Assembly (NCBI GenBank): GCA_045105915.1
Contig: JBGCEA010000189.1
Location: forward strand, 1 to 35,294
Direction: 5' to 3'
Length of the DNA stretch: 35,294 nt
Origin: Nitratireductor sp.
GTDB lineage: Bacteria; Pseudomonadota; Alphaproteobacteria; Rhizobiales; Rhizobiaceae
Part shown: positions 19,458 to 30,706 of the stretch, piece after piece
Layout of the letters: every line of letters begins with the position of its first letter
Position numbering within the stretch: the stretch's first letter is position 1
The notes under the pieces: model-generated
Databases searched by the model: none
What the model was told of the DNA's origin: nothing
Seen by the model: only the letters and a program-made list of their open reading frames with translations
Made by a program: the position numbers and the translations under genes

Positions 19458-20129
19458 TTAGCTTTGTAGTGGTGCAATTCTAACTTCTACACGGCGGTTT
19501 TGCGATTTGCCTTGCTCTGTATCATTTGAAGCAATTGGGCGTGTTTCACCAAAGCCGACAACCAATAGTCTACGTGGATCTGTGCCTTTACCTTGTAAGT
19601 ACTGACCAACAGAAACTGCGCGGCGCTCTGACAATTGCTGATTGTAATTTGCATCGCCTGATGAATCTGTATGACCATCGATGTCTAGCAAGGTTTGAGG
19701 ATATTTGTTTAGAATGATTGCAACTGAGTTTAGAACGTTTGCAAAATTCGAATTCACTTCTGAAGAATCTGAAGCAAAAGTAACGTTGCTTGGCATGTTT
19801 AGAACAATGTCGTTGCCAACACGGCTAACGCTCACGCCAGAATTTTGTAATTGCTGGCGAAGCTCTTGTTCTTGACGATCCATATAAAGGCCAATGCCGC
19901 CACCCGTAAGACCGCCAATACCGGCGCCAATAAGCGCTGCTTTACGTCTATCATCACCACTTTTGTTTCTAGCAATCAAGAAGCCAGCACCAGCACCAAT
20001 AAGCGCGCCAATAGCTGCGCCGCCAGCTGTGTTGTTACGTTGTGCTTGGCCCGTTAGTGGATCTGTTGGTGTTTGGCATGAAGCAAGCAAAAGTGCGCTT
20101 GTGGTTACGTATAATACTGATTTTTTCAT
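19458..20129 (-). CDS. OmpA-family lipoprotein (YiaD-like, glycine zipper plus OmpA_C)
   Basis: MKK..LASC lipobox (start 20129), glycine zippers, GHTDSSG, LSERRA, NRRVE. Confidence 0.92.
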   Translation of the reverse strand: MKKSVLYVTTSALLLASCQTPTDPLTGQAQRNNTAGGAAIGALIGAGAGFLIARNKSGDDRRKAALIGAGIGGLTGGGIGLYMDRQEQELRQQLQNSGVSVSRVGNDIVLNMPSNVTFASDSSEVNSNFANVLNSVAIILNKYPQTLLDIDGHTDSSGDANYNQQLSERRAVSVGQYLQGKGTDPRRLLVVGFGETRPIASNDTEQGKSQNRRVEVRIAPLQS

Positions 20130-20233
20130 TTTTACCTGCAATTCATTGTTTAAGTCGTTTTGAATTTAGTTTTGTTTAAAACAGAAGATAGACAAAATTA
20201 TGAGCACATCACATTTTGTTCAGTTATTTTGAA

Positions 20234-20572
20234 TTAAGAATTATAAATTGGCATTGGCCTTGGGCTAGATATAAATTTAACTCCAACCATATTGTCTTTG
20301 CGCCATACCATTTTACAAAGTGTTCTTGTAAATTTCACATGATTTACCAAAGTAAACTTGTTTGGAATTTCGCTACGAGAGACTTCTAATTTTGCGCCAC
20401 CTAGCGAAATATCTACCACGCGACAAGCAAAACCTTGTTTGCTGCCTACATAAAGTATCTCACTAAGATCAGATGTTTTGTGTCTAACATGTTTTCTCTT
20501 CTCTCTAGCGTTGAGAAAAACTGCACTATTATGTGCTACTTCATGTTTTTTAGACGAGCCGGCTATACTCAT
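20234..20572 (-). CDS. Stand-alone PilZ-domain c-di-GMP-binding protein
   Basis: RxxxR (RKHVR) and DxSxxG (DISLGG) motifs, VW..D.MVGVKF; GGAGG SD. Confidence 0.85.
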   Translation of the reverse strand: MSIAGSSKKHEVAHNSAVFLNAREKRKHVRHKTSDLSEILYVGSKQGFACRVVDISLGGAKLEVSRSEIPNKFTLVNHVKFTRTLCKMVWRKDNMVGVKFISSPRPMPIYNS

Positions 20573-20697
20573 ATATCGCCTCCATTTACGCGCTAATCAC
20601 CTCATTATGCGCAAAACTAGGTTAATAGAGCTTAAATTATTAAGTTTTTAATCAAAAAAACGAAATAAGACGGCAGATATGAGAAATGTTTGGCTGT

Positions 20698-23151
<2,454 letters not shown>

Positions 23152-23294
23152 TCACTTTATTTGTTTCATAAAGGCGTTTGAATTATGCAATTCGAATCGC
23201 CATTAAATAAGTGAATAATATAGGCTTTTTTTGGCTAAAAACCAAATTTTGCGGTGAATAAAATTAAGCCAGTAAGTTTAGAGTTTTTGTGGGT

Positions 23295-23747
23295 TTAAAC
23301 GCCCGTTGAACCAAAGCCACCTGTGCCGCGTTCTGTTTCGCTGGCAAGGCTTTTTTCTACTACCTCAACCTGCATGACTGGCGCTATAATCATTTGTGCA
23401 ATGCGCATGCCTCGCTCAATTATAAAGCTTTTTGAGCCATGATTTATGAGCAAAACCATTACCTCGCCTCGATAGTCACTATCAATTGTGCCAGGTGTGT
23501 TGAGGCATGTAATGCCATTTTTGTATGCAAGGCCTGAGCGGGGTCTTATTTGGGCTTCAAAGCCTTGTTCAATCTCAAAAATAAAGCCTGTTGGCACCAG
23601 CAAGCGCTCACCCGACTTTAGCTCTATTGGCTCATCTTGTGCGCAGGCTGCACGCAAATCCATGCCAGCTGCACTTGCAGATTCGTATGATGGTAATTCA
23701 ATATCTGCGCCATGGGGCAGTCTTATAATTTGTAGTTTGCTCTTCAT
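23295..23747 (-). CDS. dut: dUTP diphosphatase
   Basis: [40 protein letters not shown]. Confidence 0.97.
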   Translation of the reverse strand: MKSKLQIIRLPHGADIELPSYESASAAGMDLRAACAQDEPIELKSGERLLVPTGFIFEIEQGFEAQIRPRSGLAYKNGITCLNTPGTIDSDYRGEVMVLLINHGSKSFIIERGMRIAQMIIAPVMQVEVVEKSLASETERGTGGFGSTGV

Positions 23748-23780
23748 GTTCTACTCGTAAATTTGCTTATCTAAATTCAA

Positions 23781-25259
23781 TTATGTGCGCAGGCTTTTGT
23801 CTTCAAAAAACTCTGCAATTTTTTCAGCCAAAGCATTTGAAACTGATTTCTTGCTCATTTTTGGCCAGTCTTCTATTTCTATTTTTTTGCCTGCTTGCAT
23901 AAGAAGCTTAATGCGATTTTCATCGCCGCCCATTACGCCGCCTTTTATATCACCGCCAAGCGACACATCATTGGCAACAATCCAGTCAGCGCCTTTGCGT
24001 TTTAGTTTTGCCTTTGCATTGCTAATCAAGTCGTCTGTTTCTGCCGCAAAGCCCACCACTAATTGAGGGCGTTTTTTGTGATGTCCAACACCTTTTAAAA
24101 TGTCAGGATTTTCGGTTAAGGCCAAAGCTTCGGGGCCTTTGCCGTTTTTCTTTTTCATTTTGCTTTTAACAGATTTTGTTGTGCGCCAATCTGCAACTGC
24201 CGCCACCATTACCGCTATATCTGCTGGCAATGCTGTTTCTACTGCTTCTTGCATTTCTCTTGCGGTTTGCACCTTTAAAACAGACACATTTTTTGGCGGG
24301 TCTATGTTTACAGGCCCACTCACCAAAATTACTTCTGCGCCTAAATCTGCCAATGATTTTGCAATGGCAAAACCTTGTTTGCCGCTAGAGCGGTTGGCTA
24401 TGTAGCGCACTGGGTCTATTGGCTCATGTGTTGGGCCAGAGGTTACGATGGCGCGCTTGCCAAGCAATGGCTTTGGTCTTGTATCTAGCAACTCACCAAT
24501 GGCCTCTACAATTTCCATAGGTTCGGCCATGCGGCCTGTGCCAGCTTCTCCGCTTTCTGCCATTTCACCCGATCTTGGTCCAATAAAGAAATGCCCATCT
24601 TGCTTTAGTGTTTCAACATTTCTGCGTGTTGCATTGTTATCCCACATAGCGGGGTTCATGGCTGGCGCTATTAGAATAGGCCTATTGCTAGCAAGTAGAA
24701 CCGTTGAGGCTAAGTCATTTGCGAGGCCATTTGCCATTTTTGCCATTAGATCTGCAGTTGCTGGAGCTACAACAATTGCATCGCATTCACGTGCTAGTCG
24801 AATATGGCCAACATCTTGTTCGTCTTCTCGGTCAAACAAATCGGTAAATACTTTATCTGCAGCAAGGGCACCAACAGATAGAGGCGTTACAAATTCGTGC
24901 GCGGCCTTGGTTAGAACTGGGCGCACCAAAACGCCCCTCTCTTTTAATCGTCTAATTAAATCAAGGCATTTATAGGCGGCAATACCACCGCTAATAATAA
25001 GCACAATGCGCTTGCCATAGGCCGGAAAGCCTTCAAATTCTTCTGCAATTTTTGGCGTTGCAATTGGCTGGGCTAAAACTGGTTGCACAACATTCGCTTG
25101 CTGCCCAGTAGTTGTAGCCGCACTTAAAGACGCTGACACTGGTTGAGAAGAGAGCAATAATCTTGCCTCTTCTTCCATAGAGCGTCCGTTTTTTGCTGCG
25201 CGTTCTCGCAATGCTTGCTTGGCGCTTGCTTCTAAATTTCGTATAGTAATGCTAGCCAT
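23781..25259 (-). CDS. coaBC: Bifunctional PPC decarboxylase/PPC synthetase CoaBC with N-terminal FitA-like ribbon-helix-helix domain
   Basis: SGGIAAYK, GHIRLAR, APATAD, PAMN, TSGPTHEPIDPVRYIANRSSGKQG, VGFAAET; residues 1-37 RHH-like, ~45-aa linker. Confidence 0.95.
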   Translation of the reverse strand: MASITIRNLEASAKQALRERAAKNGRSMEEEARLLLSSQPVSASLSAATTTGQQANVVQPVLAQPIATPKIAEEFEGFPAYGKRIVLIISGGIAAYKCLDLIRRLKERGVLVRPVLTKAAHEFVTPLSVGALAADKVFTDLFDREDEQDVGHIRLARECDAIVVAPATADLMAKMANGLANDLASTVLLASNRPILIAPAMNPAMWDNNATRRNVETLKQDGHFFIGPRSGEMAESGEAGTGRMAEPMEIVEAIGELLDTRPKPLLGKRAIVTSGPTHEPIDPVRYIANRSSGKQGFAIAKSLADLGAEVILVSGPVNIDPPKNVSVLKVQTAREMQEAVETALPADIAVMVAAVADWRTTKSVKSKMKKKNGKGPEALALTENPDILKGVGHHKKRPQLVVGFAAETDDLISNAKAKLKRKGADWIVANDVSLGGDIKGGVMGGDENRIKLLMQAGKKIEIEDWPKMSKKSVSNALAEKIAEFFEDKSLRT

Positions 25260-25276
25260 GATTCATATATAATGAG

Positions 25277-25315
25277 TGATATCATTGATTGCAAGAAATG
25301 ATTGCATTGATATCA
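25277..25315. promoter_or_regulatory. Array of four TGATATCA/TGATTGCA octamers (candidate RHH operator) over divergent promoters
   Basis: TGATATCA-T-TGATTGCA-AGAAA-TGATTGCA-T-TGATATCA in the 71-bp coaBC/acyltransferase intergenic region. Confidence 0.65.
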
Positions 25316-25330
25316 TATTAGAGTAAAGCG

Positions 25331-26266
25331 ATGACACACACGCAAATTGATACAAAAACAAATAGTGATATCGATTTTAGCTATGCCAGCTCAGGCGACA
25401 ATGCCGTGCAACGTGGCTTTATTAGATGCGTTGAATTTTTTACCGGCCAGCGTGCACTTAAAAAGCACTACATCTCTTTTTCTAATTTAGATGAAAATGA
25501 AAAATCTGACTTTTTTGATGAGGCGATCTCTAAGTTAGAGTTGGACGTTTGCTATGATGCAAATAAATTAAACGCCATTCCAAAAAACAAATCAGTTATT
25601 TTTATCGCCAATCACCCATATGGTGTTTTAGATGGCATTGTATTTACGTGGCTCGCAAAAAAAGTGCGTAAAGACGTTAAGGTAATGGCGAACCATGTTT
25701 TGTGCCAAGCACCAGAAGCGCAACAAAACCTTTTGCCTGTTGATTTTTCTAAAACGCGCCTCGCGCTTGAAACCAACATAGCAACGCGTAAACAAGCTAT
25801 ATCGCACCTTAAAACCGGCGGCGCTGTTGGCATATTTCCTGCTGGCGGCGTGGGCGCTGCCCAAAAGCCCTTTAGCAAAAAGGCGGCTGATTTAGCGTGG
25901 CATGCTTTTTTGGCAAAACTCATTTTAAAGGCAGACACTTCTAACCTTTGTGTAGTGCCAATGTATTTTACGGGTCAAAATTCTAGATTTTTTCAAATCT
26001 CAAGCCACATAAGCTACACAATGCGATTGGCTTTATATTTTCGTGAGACTTACAAACATATGGGCTCGCGTATTGAAGTTGAGATTGGCGATCCGATTGA
26101 TGGCAAACAATTAAGCGCATATGAAAATAAAGAGGCACTTATAGCAGGCTTAAGAAAAGCGACCTTTGATTTGGCAGCCAATACGGTAGAAAAACATAAG
26201 CAACATGAGGTCAGCAACTTGCATGAACAGGAATTTAAATTTCCTGATCGTTTTGGCTTTAATTAA
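25331..26266 (+). CDS. Lysophospholipid acyltransferase (PlsC/LPLAT superfamily) protein
   Basis: FIANHPYGVLDG (HX5D variant), IFPAGGV, VVPMYFTGQNSRFFQ. Confidence 0.85.
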   Translation: MTHTQIDTKTNSDIDFSYASSGDNAVQRGFIRCVEFFTGQRALKKHYISFSNLDENEKSDFFDEAISKLELDVCYDANKLNAIPKNKSVIFIANHPYGVLDGIVFTWLAKKVRKDVKVMANHVLCQAPEAQQNLLPVDFSKTRLALETNIATRKQAISHLKTGGAVGIFPAGGVGAAQKPFSKKAADLAWHAFLAKLILKADTSNLCVVPMYFTGQNSRFFQISSHISYTMRLALYFRETYKHMGSRIEVEIGDPIDGKQLSAYENKEALIAGLRKATFDLAANTVEKHKQHEVSNLHEQEFKFPDRFGFN

Positions 26267-26275
26267 ACCGCCTCA

Positions 26276-27841
26276 TTAGTGAATGAATAATGCATAAGCG
26301 CCAAGCGCTGCAATGACCCATAAAGCCATATGCCCAGTGCGTGAGTGCGCGGCTTCTGCTTTGCCTATTTCTTCTATGGTTTTTTCATCTAACCGAAAGC
26401 CGTTTTGAGATGTTGCTTCCATTTCTTTAGAAAGCCTCTCAGCGCGTTCTGCCAGTTCTGGCAATTGGCGAGCAAGTGCAACGCCAGCTTTGGCGCCTTC
26501 GCGCATATCTTCACCAATGCCAACAGGGCCAAGGTTGCGTTTCATCCAGTCGCTCACAACAGGCTCACTTGCTGCCCACATGTTGAAACTTGGATCGAGC
26601 GTTCTCGCAACGCCTTCAACCACCGCCATTGTTTTTTGTAGCAGTAACAGCTCTGGGCGCGCTTCCATTTCAAATAGATCGGTAATCTCAAACAACAGCA
26701 TAAGGAGCTTTGCCATAGATATTGTTTCGGCAGACTGCCCATGAATTGGCTCGCCAATAGCGCGAATGGCTTGGGCAAAACTTGCTACATCTTGTGTGCG
26801 TGGCACATAACCAATTTCAAAATGCACTTCTGCAACGCGCACGTAATCGCGCTTAATAAAGCCATATAGAATTTCTGCTAATGCGCGGCGTTCTTTTTTC
26901 TTTAAGCGCCCAGCAATACCAAGATCAACCGCTACGATGTCGCCCCTAGCATCGACAAACAAATTACCGGGGTGCATGTCTGCATGGAAGAAACCATCTC
27001 GAAGAGCATGGCGCAAAAATGATTGTATTAAATTAGCGGCTAATTCTTTTCTGTCATGGCCTGCAGCTTCGATCGCCTCAATATTTGAAAGCTTAATGCC
27101 ATCAATCCATTCCATGGTTACGCAGTCGCGCCCAGACAATTCCCAATCAATTTCTGGCACTCTAAACTTTGGATCATCTTTGGTGTTTTCTGCCATTTCA
27201 GAAAAGCCTGCTGCCTCTAAGCGCAGATCCATTTCTATTTTGGCAGATTGAGCAAGCATGTCAGCCACAGCAACTGGCTTTAGTCGGCGAGAAGCTGGAA
27301 TGTATTTTTCTTGCAAATGCGCGGCTGTATAAAATGTTTCTAGATCGTGCAAAAAGCGCTTTCTAACGCCTGGGCGAATAACCTTTACGGCAACGCTTTT
27401 TCCGTCAGATTTTCTAACGCCCTTATGCACCTGCGCAATTGAAGCGGCTGCAATTGGCTCTGAAAAATCTGAAAACATATCTTCAATTTTTCTACCAAGC
27501 GATTCTTCTACTTGTGTCTTCGCTTGCTTGGTTGGAAACATTTCCATTCTATCTTGGAGCAGCTCAAGATCGCGCGCCATTTCAACGCCAATAACATCTG
27601 CACGCGTTGCTAAAAATTGTCCAATTTTTACCCAGCTTGGGCCAAGCTTGTTGAGCGCTATAGATAAGCGTTCGCTTTGTGCTCTGTTTTTGGCGTGGCG
27701 TCTTTCTATAAGGCCTGCAATTTTTTGCCCCATGCGCGCGGCAGGCGGAAGTGGTTCACTTGGAATAGCCGAAATAACGCCTTCACGCGCCAAGACCATG
27801 CCAGCTTTTGCCAAAGAATATAGTGAGCTGATTGTTCCCAT
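26276..27841 (-). CDS. ubiB: Ubiquinone biosynthesis protein kinase-like UbiB
   Basis: LGPSWVKIGQFLATR, AAASIAQVH, VAVKVIRPG, DGFFHADMHPGN; downstream of ubiE. Confidence 0.96.
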   Translation of the reverse strand: MGTISSLYSLAKAGMVLAREGVISAIPSEPLPPAARMGQKIAGLIERRHAKNRAQSERLSIALNKLGPSWVKIGQFLATRADVIGVEMARDLELLQDRMEMFPTKQAKTQVEESLGRKIEDMFSDFSEPIAAASIAQVHKGVRKSDGKSVAVKVIRPGVRKRFLHDLETFYTAAHLQEKYIPASRRLKPVAVADMLAQSAKIEMDLRLEAAGFSEMAENTKDDPKFRVPEIDWELSGRDCVTMEWIDGIKLSNIEAIEAAGHDRKELAANLIQSFLRHALRDGFFHADMHPGNLFVDARGDIVAVDLGIAGRLKKKERRALAEILYGFIKRDYVRVAEVHFEIGYVPRTQDVASFAQAIRAIGEPIHGQSAETISMAKLLMLLFEITDLFEMEARPELLLLQKTMAVVEGVARTLDPSFNMWAASEPVVSDWMKRNLGPVGIGEDMREGAKAGVALARQLPELAERAERLSKEMEATSQNGFRLDEKTIEEIGKAEAAHSRTGHMALWVIAALGAYALFIH

Positions 27842-27846
27842 AAAGG

Positions 27847-28647
27847 TTATAATTTCCAGCCTGAATGCAATGCAGCAATGCCGCCAGTGTAATTTGTGTA
27901 AGAGACTTGGGCAAAGCCAGCTTGTGTAATTAGGTTTGCAAATGATATTTGGTCTGGAAATTTGCGAATGGATTCTACCAAATACTGATAAGGTTCTGCC
28001 TCGCCTGTTACCATTTTACCAATTTGTGGAATGGCGTGCATCGACCATTGATCGTAGAATTTATCAAGCATTGGCATTTCGACTTCAGAAAATTCTAAGC
28101 ACAAAAATCTGCCGCCTCTTTTTAAAACCCGATGGGCTTCTGACAATGCTTTGTCCATACGCGGCACATTGCGAATGCCAAAAGCTATTGTGTATGCGTC
28201 AAAGCTATTGCTTTCAAATGGTAGTTCTTCTGCATTGGCCTCAACAAAACTTGTATTATCTATGAGGCCATTATCGTTGGCGCGCTTTTCGCCCACTTGC
28301 AGCATAGAGGCATTAATGTCTGACACGGTTGTGTGCGCTGTTTTGTTTGACGCATTGATAATACGAAACGCAATATCGCCTGTGCCACCTGCCATATCTA
28401 ATGAACGCCAATTTGCATTTGGGTTTTTTGGTGGGTTTAGCTTTGCAACCATAGCATCTTTCCAAACGCGGTGCATGCCAGCCGACATAAAATCATTCAT
28501 TACATCATAGCGTTCAGCTACTTTGTGAAAAACGTCATTTACGAGGGGCTGCTTTTCTCCAATACCAACCTTCTTAAAACCATATGACGCGGCCATCTCT
28601 TCTGGCTTTGTGGTTCTGTTGGTGCTGTTTGGCGCTGAATCTACCAT
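27847..28647 (-). CDS. ubiE: Ubiquinone/menaquinone C-methyltransferase UbiE
   Basis: [51 protein letters not shown]. Confidence 0.96.
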   Translation of the reverse strand: MVDSAPNSTNRTTKPEEMAASYGFKKVGIGEKQPLVNDVFHKVAERYDVMNDFMSAGMHRVWKDAMVAKLNPPKNPNANWRSLDMAGGTGDIAFRIINASNKTAHTTVSDINASMLQVGEKRANDNGLIDNTSFVEANAEELPFESNSFDAYTIAFGIRNVPRMDKALSEAHRVLKRGGRFLCLEFSEVEMPMLDKFYDQWSMHAIPQIGKMVTGEAEPYQYLVESIRKFPDQISFANLITQAGFAQVSYTNYTGGIAALHSGWKL

Positions 28648-28837
28648 TGGTCTACCATCTAAATAAGCTGCTTCTGTTCATTTGCACTGACAATATAGTG
28701 ACTATATAGGACATAACAAAACATCTTTATAGCTTTGAGTAGTGCGTTGGTTTTTACTTTGAACTAAATTGATCATTATAAATATGTGGCAGCACCGCGC
28801 AGCTGTAATTATGGTTAACAGCCTAAAGGGACAAAAT

Positions 28838-29731
28838 ATGCCTGAACTTCCTGAAGTGGAAACCGTAAAACGTGGCCTTGCGCCCTTTATGGAAGGCGCT
28901 GTGATTGAGCAACTAGATGTTAATAGGCCTAATTTGCGTTTTGCCTTTCCTGAAAACTTTTCTAAGCGCGTTGAAGGCCAAACGCTAACCTCCTTGAGTA
29001 GGCGCGCAAAATTTCTCATTGCAACCCTTTCTTCTAATGAGGTTTTAGTCATGCATTTGGGCATGTCTGGCTCTTTTAGAATTGAGATGGATGAAAATGA
29101 GCAAAACTTTGATGAGGCGTTTCACTTAGATAAAAGTAAGAACACAAAGCACGATCATGTTGTTTTTCATGTAAATGGGCCAAAAGGCAAAGCACGCATT
29201 ATATATAATGACCCAAGACGCTTTGGTTTTATGGAGCTTATTGAACAAAACAATGTGAGCGAACATAAGTATTTTTCTAAAATGGGCATAGAGCCCATAG
29301 GCAATTCTTTAAATGGCAATGTTATTGCTGAATTGTTTTATAATAAAAAAGCGCCTTTAAAGGCTGCGCTTCTAGATCAGCGCTTAATTGCTGGCCTTGG
29401 CAATATATATGCATGTGAGGCTTTGCATGGGGCAGGCCTCTTGCCAACACGCCCTGCTGGCTCGATAGTTGGTAAAAACGGCAAGCCCTTAAAACACTGC
29501 GAGCCGCTAGCAAGCGAAATTCGTAAAGTAATAATGGCGGCAATCGAGGCTGGCGGATCTTCTTTGCGCGATCATAGGCAGGCAGATGGGCAATTGGGCT
29601 ATTTTCAGCATAATTTTAGAGTTTATGACCAAGAAGGCGAAAAATGCGTAACAGACAAATGCAGTGGTGTTATTGCTAGAATTACTCAATCTGGTAGATC
29701 TACCTTTTATTGCCCTAAATGCCAGAAATAG
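28838..29731 (+). CDS. mutM: Formamidopyrimidine-DNA glycosylase
   Basis: True start MPELPEVE at 28838; HLGMSG, DPRRFG, AGLGNIY, C-terminal zinc finger GRSTFYCPKCQ. Confidence 0.97.
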   Translation: MPELPEVETVKRGLAPFMEGAVIEQLDVNRPNLRFAFPENFSKRVEGQTLTSLSRRAKFLIATLSSNEVLVMHLGMSGSFRIEMDENEQNFDEAFHLDKSKNTKHDHVVFHVNGPKGKARIIYNDPRRFGFMELIEQNNVSEHKYFSKMGIEPIGNSLNGNVIAELFYNKKAPLKAALLDQRLIAGLGNIYACEALHGAGLLPTRPAGSIVGKNGKPLKHCEPLASEIRKVIMAAIEAGGSSLRDHRQADGQLGYFQHNFRVYDQEGEKCVTDKCSGVIARITQSGRSTFYCPKCQK

Positions 29732-29779
29732 GGTGAGAGGGCAGAATCGATTCATTTTGCTAGTATGAGTCTTTCTCCA

Positions 29780-29809
29780 TTGACTTTTTGAGCGATCTAA
29801 CGTTATAAG
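29780..29809 (+). promoter_or_regulatory. Sigma70-like promoter for rpsT
   Basis: TTGACT-N17/18-(T)TATAAG ~120 bp upstream of rpsT. Confidence 0.5.
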
Positions 29810-29931
29810 CCACACAAATTATTGGCGGTTCCTCTATATTTGTAGGTGAGCCGCTTGTTTTGTTAAGCAGGTAATTTAATTTAACTTATTCTGCTTCACC
29901 AAATTCGAAATAAGAAATGGAATTTTAGGAC

Positions 29932-30198
29932 ATGGCAAACACAGCCTCAGCAAAAAAAGCTGTCCGCAAAATTGAACGCAAAACAGCGGTCAATAAAGCA
30001 AAGCGTACTCGTATGCGTACATTCATTCGCGCAACTGAAGAAGCAATTGCTTCAGGCGATCAAAAAGTTGCTGCAGAAGCTTTCAAAGCGGCTCAGCCAG
30101 TAATTATGAAAGCCGTAACTGGCGGCATTCTTAAAAAGAATACAGCATCGCGCAAAGTTTCAAGACTTGCTGCGCGTGTTAAGGCAGTTTCTGCTTAA
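29932..30198 (+). CDS. rpsT: 30S ribosomal protein S20
   Basis: [13 protein letters not shown]...[12 protein letters not shown]; AGGA SD. Confidence 0.97.
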   Translation: MANTASAKKAVRKIERKTAVNKAKRTRMRTFIRATEEAIASGDQKVAAEAFKAAQPVIMKAVTGGILKKNTASRKVSRLAARVKAVSA

Positions 30199-30225
30199 TA
30201 CTTCACTTTTAGTGAGCAAATTTTG

Positions 30226-30253
30226 AACCCGTCTTTTTAAGGCGGGTTTTTTT
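30226..30253 (+). terminator. Intrinsic terminator of rpsT
   Basis: AACCCGTCTT-TTT-AAGGCGGGTT followed by T-run. Confidence 0.85.
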
Positions 30254-30671
30254 GTGTCTGCATTATGCATTTAAAGAAAATCTCAAAAAAGTGTCAAAAC
30301 GCGACTACTAAATTTGAGTCAAAAAATGATACTTTTTACGCAAGCGTAAAAATTAATAGTAGCTAATTATGAATTTGGTAGATGAATTATCGCAGGGCTA
30401 GGAAAAATAACCTAAAAATAAATTACTATATATTTCAATAGTTTACGATAAGGTTCTTTAGGAATATATTCTATGCCTTGATTCAATGAGGCTTTTTTGA
30501 GTCAATAGTGCGAATCAAAAAAAATTTATTTCATTTTTATTACAGCAGGTCAATTCGTTGAAAATCCTAAAAAACACTTGATTCACAACGTATTTTTGAG
30601 AGTTAAGCGCTTTTTTGTGATGAGAATTTTTTTTGAAAAAATGGCGTTTACTAAAAATTTACGAATCACTG

Positions 30672-30700
30672 TTGAATGAAAATTCAGGTCTGTGTAGATT
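30672..30700 (+). promoter_or_regulatory. Sigma70 promoter upstream of the rhodanese-dnaA unit
   Basis: TTGAAT-N17-TAGATT with extended -10 TG; GANTC site immediately upstream of -35. Confidence 0.55.
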
Positions 30701-30706
30701 GATCTT

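Noticed and set aside
25140-25330. Intact FitAB/VapBC toxin-antitoxin module or mobile element next to coaBC
   Set aside because: No PIN-domain toxin, transposase or flanking repeats; the RHH is in frame with CoaBC.
28769-28837. Apparent N-terminal extensions of MutM (also Hsp20 11602, Rnd 18364, DnaN 33458, OmpA 20141)
   Set aside because: ORF-caller artefacts: canonical N-termini lie downstream, mostly with a clear SD, and MutM requires an N-terminal Pro.
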